Virus record (IMG/VR): IMGVR_UViG_3300038673_000658
Location: 1-40,905 of that record
DNA: 40,905 bases
Direction: 5' to 3' (one strand)
Source of the DNA: a virus
Taxonomy: Duplodnaviria > Caudoviricetes
The notes below the pieces were generated by a model. It searched no databases. It saw only the letters and a program-made list of their open reading frames with translations, and was not told where the DNA came from. The position numbers and the translations under genes are program-made. Shown here piece by piece: positions 36,113 to 40,905 of the stretch; within the stretch, counting starts at the first letter, position 1; every line of letters starts with the position of its first letter.

Positions 36113-39100
36113 TAAAGAAATTTATAAATACTTTTCATAGCGGTATAGACAGGGATACTGTTGTAACCAAATATAGTGACAGCAATGTATTTGCCTGTGA
36201 GAATATGAGGGTTATCTCTAATCACGAACTCTCATCAGGTGCATTGTTAAGTATCAAAGGCAATCTTGCTAAAGGAGGTCTTTCAGGAACAGGGGTTTCT
36301 ATATTAGGGCATTGTATAATAAGGGATTGGGCTATTATATTTGTCAAGACAGATAGTGGTGGAAGAATCTATAAATTCTGGGATTCAGGTGCTGATGGTC
36401 AGGATGATGATGATAAGTTTATATTGATGTATAGTAATCCTGATCTGATATTCAGCACTGATTATCCTATAAGAGCTATTGGAAGATATGAAAATGAATT
36501 AGTTCAGAAAGTTTACTTTACTGATACCGTATCATTCTTTTATCATCTGAATGTAGCAGGTGAAACTCAAATAGATGAAACTGAGGTTCCCATAGAAGCG
36601 TTGGATATAGTTTCTGATATTACTTTCTCAGATATAGAATGTGAGATAATAAGTGGTGGTAATTTGAAAGCAGGAAGAATACAATATTCTTATCAGCTTT
36701 ACAATGCTTATGGTGCTGAGAGTATGTTCAGTCCATCAGGAACTATGATAAATCTTACAAGTTCTGATGATAATAATGTCGATACTATTAACTATAGTGG
36801 TAGTAAGGCAGGTGAATTTGTCAATAAGAGTGTAAAGGTCGTCATTGATATTTCAGACCCTGCTTTTGATACTTTCACAAGACTTAGGCTTGTTGCTATC
36901 TTTTATGAGGATGATGTTTCCATTCCTGATGTGAGGATAGTGGGAGAATATAATATTGATGATCTTGATGAGTTTAGTGCCACAGATACTGGACAGACCA
37001 TAAATAAACTTACCCTTGAAGAGTTTAGATTTGTACAGAAAGATATAGTTCCTAAAACTCTTGAGACTAAAAACAATCATCTTTTCATAGGTAATATAAC
37101 TGAAGATACTTTTTATATTTCAGATGAGGTATTTGATGCAAGAGCTTTCAGATTTAATGATTCAGCAACTCCTATAGCAGTTCTCAATGATGTATTTACA
37201 GGTCATATTGTAAGTAGTGCTGATATTGCAGGTACTCTTCCCGGACTTTTGGATGCTTGTTTTTGTCCTTATAATGACTTGGATAATAATAGATATGTAG
37301 GTACTGACTCTACTAAAGTTTTTAAATATAAGTCTGATGGGGTTACTCTTGGAGGTACTGGTATTCACATGGAATATGAATTTATCAGTAAGAATATAAT
37401 TCTTGATAATCAGCCACAATCTGCAGAAGGAGATTATACAGTAAAGCAGTATGGAACATATAACTATCCTTATCAGATTACCAATGTAAGTGGAGAATAT
37501 GATAATTATAGTCGTTATCTTACAGCAGGAGAGAATGTAGGATTTCAAAGAGATGAAACATATTCTTTTGCCATTGTTTTCTATGACAATAAGGGAAGGG
37601 CATCTTTTGCTAAATGGATAGGGGATATAAGATTTCCTAATCAGGATGAATATCCTTTTATCAGTTATGATTCAGCAAGAGAGATTACTTACGGGAGTGT
37701 TCTTGGAATAGTCTTTAAAATGACTGCTGCTGGTAAAGCTATCATAGATGGTCTTAGTAATGTAACTTCTTGGCAAATAGTAAGATGTGAAAGAAATGAT
37801 TATAACAAGACGGTAAAAGCTGCTGGTATAAGTTCTTATCTGTTAGATGGAAGCAGGAATGGTGACAGTAGATTATATGCTTGTGCCACAATACCTACGG
37901 TTTATGACAATATCAATCGTAGGATAATGAATCGAAGGTGGACATTTGCAGTTCCTGATACAAGTGATGCTGTAGTAGCAGTTGAAAATGAAGCTACAAA
38001 TATTAGATTAAATGAAGATTATGTAGAATTCAGTTCTCCTGAAATATCTTTCTATAAAAATCTTTCATTATCAGATAGTGATTATTTTGAAGTGGTAGGT
38101 GCTTTAAATACATTAAGTTATACAGCTATAGTAGATAAGAGAACTGCTGATAATGATAGAAATGATAACTTTATTATCAGCGACAAGTACAGGAATTTTG
38201 TAAAGTTTACTTCTACTACAGGAAAGTATCCTTCAACTATAGCGTCAGTAGCCACATCTAAGATATTGCGGCAGATGACAAATTCCTCTGAACCTGGATA
38301 TGTTGTCAATTCATTTAAGATTTATAGCAAGAGAACATATAATATCAAGTCTAATGACCCCGATAAAAATTATGGGTTAAGAGGAACCCATCTTTTTGCT
38401 GAGACTCTTGATAGATTTGATGATTTGGACACCAATACTACTTTTGGAGGAGCTGGTGATATCAGAGTTATGTACACTTATTACCGACAGAATAAAGCCA
38501 GAGGTATTTATGGGGGTACTGATTATAGTGCAAGAACAGGAAGGTCTTATTATAAAGCTTCAGAAGTCATTGATAAAGCAAGAACTACAAGTACTGTAAC
38601 CACCACATCTCTTGCTGAAGTCACAAATGTATTAGGGACGGGAACAGATGAGATATTAGATCAGACATTGGTGTCATTTACCAATACTCTTGATACAGGA
38701 GGGTATGTGGGGTGGGATATAGTTGTTGATCTCCCTGTAGTAACTATTGCGGATACTACATTTACAGTTGAATGGACTGCTTATAGAACAGATGTTCATA
38801 TAGGAAACACTAATTTTTCAACTGTTGTAACAGTTCCTCTAGGTGGTGGAAGCAACAGTATTACTGTTACAGATATGTTAGAGGGGATATCTACTGAATC
38901 ATGGACTATAACTGAAGCAAGAATAACTGCGTTTACACCGGATACCCAATATATAATTAGTGATCCCAATCTTGTTGGAACAACAACAACTGTTACTGAA
39001 ACAGAATCTACGATTGATGGTATTGTAGTATATGGTGGTGACACTTATCTTGGATATATGATAGAATATCGTTCATTATGGGACGATGCTATGATTCAGG

Positions 39101-40593
39101 TAAATCATGATACCAGTAGAGGAAGAGAGATAGTAGTGATAGTAATGTATCCTGTAGAGAGTACAATCAATCTTAATTTGAGATTGGATGATATTCAAAG
39201 ATTCATTCCCTGGACTGCAAATGTGGATGTTTTAGGTCCTTATGAAGATGATAATGAAGATGATAATGGTATGCCCAAATATCAGATACAGGAAAGGCTT
39301 GTAGATGGTATATCGTTATTTCCAAAAGGATATCCTCAGGAGTTGGGTGATTTATATAGGTATAACAGAGCTTATTCAGCTATGGATAAATCAAAGGTAT
39401 TTATACCAGAACCTTTTGACTTTGTGGATACTAAAGTATATGATACAAGAATATATCATTCTCTTCCAAAAACTAACGGTGAATACATAGATAGCTGGCT
39501 TAAGTTTCTTGCTGCTAATTATATTGATGTGGAGAGTGAGTTTGGCGAACTTGAAAGACTCATCAACATCAATGGCAAAGTTATGTTTCTTCAAAATACA
39601 GGAGTTGGAGTACTCTCAGTAAATGACAGGTCTTTAGTTAAGGATAATAACATAGGAACTATAACGCTTGGTGTAGGAGGAGTTCTTAATAGATACGATT
39701 ATGTTTCTTTCACTAGTGGAATAGATAGACATGATGCTGCGGTAGGTTCTGATGAAACGCTTTATTATGTAGATGCTGAGAGGAAGAGGATTTATATGAT
39801 AGGGGAAGGTGATATTCCTATATCAGCAGTAAAAGGTGTAAACTCTTTGTTGAAGAAACTAGATTATACTAAAATTGTTACAGGTTATGATCCTGAGTTT
39901 GCAGAAGTATTCTTTACTATTGATGATACTACTCTTACTTATGGTGAATTTCAGAAGGCATTTTTAGGAACACAATCTTTTGCTCCTGAAGGGTATATTA
40001 CAATAGGTAATAAATTCTATACTGTAAGTAATGAAGGTGAGGAAGTTCCTTTACTTGCTAATAGTTTAACCACTGTTAACTGGGATTTTCCTGATGCTGA
40101 TTATATTTTAGTTTCAGATGGTACTACTGGAGGGACTATTTATAAGCATAATGTTGGTCCTTCAGGTGAGTTTTACGGTGGTATAAGTGGTGCAGAGGCG
40201 TTTGTAGAGTTAATTATTAATCCTGAGAATAAGCAAGTATGTTCTTTCAATACTCTTGATTTCAGGATGGAAGTAATAGATACCAATGATGAAGAGGTTT
40301 CGACTGATGATACCACTTATCCTTGGAAGCCAATCTTTGAGACTGTCAAACAGGTTGTATTCAGCAACAGTTATCAGACATCTACAGTAGATGTGGTGTA
40401 TGGTCAAAACATAAAGAAGATAGGTAAGGTATGGAGAATGCAAGTTCCTTTATTTGCTGATACAAAAGTAGGTACAAGATCGACAAGGTATGTAGATACT
40501 TATTTAAGGGTGAAGATTATTTTTGATTCAAGCACAGCTAATCGTCTCAGGTTGCATGATATAACTACTTATTATGCTCCTGTAAAAGTATAG
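36109..40593 (+). CDS. tail stabilization (muzzle) protein
   Basis: 1494 aa; NTFHSGIDRD, YENELVQKVYFTD, GNLKAGRIQYSY, GFQRDETYSFAIVFY, KWIGDIRFP, GGDTY, GEYIDSWLKF. Confidence 0.88.
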   Translation: MIKKFINTFHSGIDRDTVVTKYSDSNVFACENMRVISNHELSSGALLSIKGNLAKGGLSGTGVSILGHCIIRDWAIIFVKTDSGGRIYKFWDSGADGQDDDDKFILMYSNPDLIFSTDYPIRAIGRYENELVQKVYFTDTVSFFYHLNVAGETQIDETEVPIEALDIVSDITFSDIECEIISGGNLKAGRIQYSYQLYNAYGAESMFSPSGTMINLTSSDDNNVDTINYSGSKAGEFVNKSVKVVIDISDPAFDTFTRLRLVAIFYEDDVSIPDVRIVGEYNIDDLDEFSATDTGQTINKLTLEEFRFVQKDIVPKTLETKNNHLFIGNITEDTFYISDEVFDARAFRFNDSATPIAVLNDVFTGHIVSSADIAGTLPGLLDACFCPYNDLDNNRYVGTDSTKVFKYKSDGVTLGGTGIHMEYEFISKNIILDNQPQSAEGDYTVKQYGTYNYPYQITNVSGEYDNYSRYLTAGENVGFQRDETYSFAIVFYDNKGRASFAKWIGDIRFPNQDEYPFISYDSAREITYGSVLGIVFKMTAAGKAIIDGLSNVTSWQIVRCERNDYNKTVKAAGISSYLLDGSRNGDSRLYACATIPTVYDNINRRIMNRRWTFAVPDTSDAVVAVENEATNIRLNEDYVEFSSPEISFYKNLSLSDSDYFEVVGALNTLSYTAIVDKRTADNDRNDNFIISDKYRNFVKFTSTTGKYPSTIASVATSKILRQMTNSSEPGYVVNSFKIYSKRTYNIKSNDPDKNYGLRGTHLFAETLDRFDDLDTNTTFGGAGDIRVMYTYYRQNKARGIYGGTDYSARTGRSYYKASEVIDKARTTSTVTTTSLAEVTNVLGTGTDEILDQTLVSFTNTLDTGGYVGWDIVVDLPVVTIADTTFTVEWTAYRTDVHIGNTNFSTVVTVPLGGGSNSITVTDMLEGISTESWTITEARITAFTPDTQYIISDPNLVGTTTTVTETESTIDGIVVYGGDTYLGYMIEYRSLWDDAMIQVNHDTSRGREIVVIVMYPVESTINLNLRLDDIQRFIPWTANVDVLGPYEDDNEDDNGMPKYQIQERLVDGISLFPKGYPQELGDLYRYNRAYSAMDKSKVFIPEPFDFVDTKVYDTRIYHSLPKTNGEYIDSWLKFLAANYIDVESEFGELERLININGKVMFLQNTGVGVLSVNDRSLVKDNNIGTITLGVGGVLNRYDYVSFTSGIDRHDAAVGSDETLYYVDAERKRIYMIGEGDIPISAVKGVNSLLKKLDYTKIVTGYDPEFAEVFFTIDDTTLTYGEFQKAFLGTQSFAPEGYITIGNKFYTVSNEGEEVPLLANSLTTVNWDFPDADYILVSDGTTGGTIYKHNVGPSGEFYGGISGAEAFVELIINPENKQVCSFNTLDFRMEVIDTNDEEVSTDDTTYPWKPIFETVKQVVFSNSYQTSTVDVVYGQNIKKIGKVWRMQVPLFADTKVGTRSTRYVDTYLRVKIIFDSSTANRLRLHDITTYYAPVKV

Positions 40594-40647
40594 TTAATTA
40601 TATTTTTTAATTATAGTTTATATAGAATTTTGATCTCGCTTTAATTA

Positions 40648-40679
40648 TTTGGTGAAGTAAATAAAAGTTAATACTTTTG
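40648..40679 (+). promoter_or_regulatory. sigma-A promoter
   Basis: TTTG (40648-40651), 20-nt spacer, TACTTTTG (40672-40679). Confidence 0.75.
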
Positions 40680-40697
40680 GGTATTGACTTTTTTATT

Positions 40698-40905
40698 ATG
40701 CCTAAGTTATCATATCATATTCCTAATAGTGTAAAAGGTAACATTATTCCTCTTTCAAGAGAGGATTACCTTAGACAGCGATATCAAGACTATCTCAAAT
40801 CACAAGCAGAAAAAGGAAGAAAGGCTGTTGTTGAAGTAAGGGAGAAGTTTCAAAAAGGAGGAACAATTCCTAAAGCACAGAAAGGAACAACATTACAAAG
40901 ATCTT
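40698..40905 (+). CDS. partial CDS, probable internal virion (cargo) protein
   Basis: ATG 40698 open to edge: MPKLSYHIPNSVKG...EKFQKGGTIPKAQKGTTLQRS; position after muzzle gene. Confidence 0.65.
   Translation, partial: MPKLSYHIPNSVKGNIIPLSREDYLRQRYQDYLKSQAEKGRKAVVEVREKFQKGGTIPKAQKGTTLQRS

Noticed and set aside
1-40905. tRNA genes, integrase, reverse transcriptase or DGR template repeat
   Set aside because: None recognisable in the few intergenic gaps or among the ORFs

Overview
This window is the virion-morphogenesis (late) block of a crAss-like phage (Crassvirales) infecting a Bacteroidota host. It reads in the standard genetic code and lies almost entirely on the + strand. At the left edge, one small minus-strand gene is separated from the late block by a divergent control region with direct repeats, G-tracts and a hairpin, followed by a promoter/terminator-bounded structured RNA candidate of about 230 nt. 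The gene order is: GroES-like and Hsp20-like chaperones, small DNA-binding proteins, terminase large subunit (with an Asp-initiated class 3 LAGLIDADG intein in its Walker A loop), portal, DEDD exonuclease, scaffold-like protein, major capsid protein, conserved head/neck proteins, a roughly 15 kb fibre/spike cluster, holin-endolysin cassette, ring protein, IHF-like protein, tail tubular and tail stabilization (muzzle) proteins, and the start of a probable cargo protein. Six Bacteroidota sigma-A promoters (TTTG-N19-23-TAnnTTTG) punctuate the block. The most notable items are: a GC-rich imported cassette (about 21.7-25.6 kb) coupling a Gly-X-Thr collagen fibre, a beta-helix spike and a GT2-TPR glycosyltransferase (candidate virion glycosylation module); the orphan ncRNA; a 99-aa domain found tandem, nested inside itself and circularly permuted in another protein; and an unannotated cationic amphipathic peptide sitting where spanins are expected. 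All assignments come from motif recognition and synteny by eye; no searches were run.
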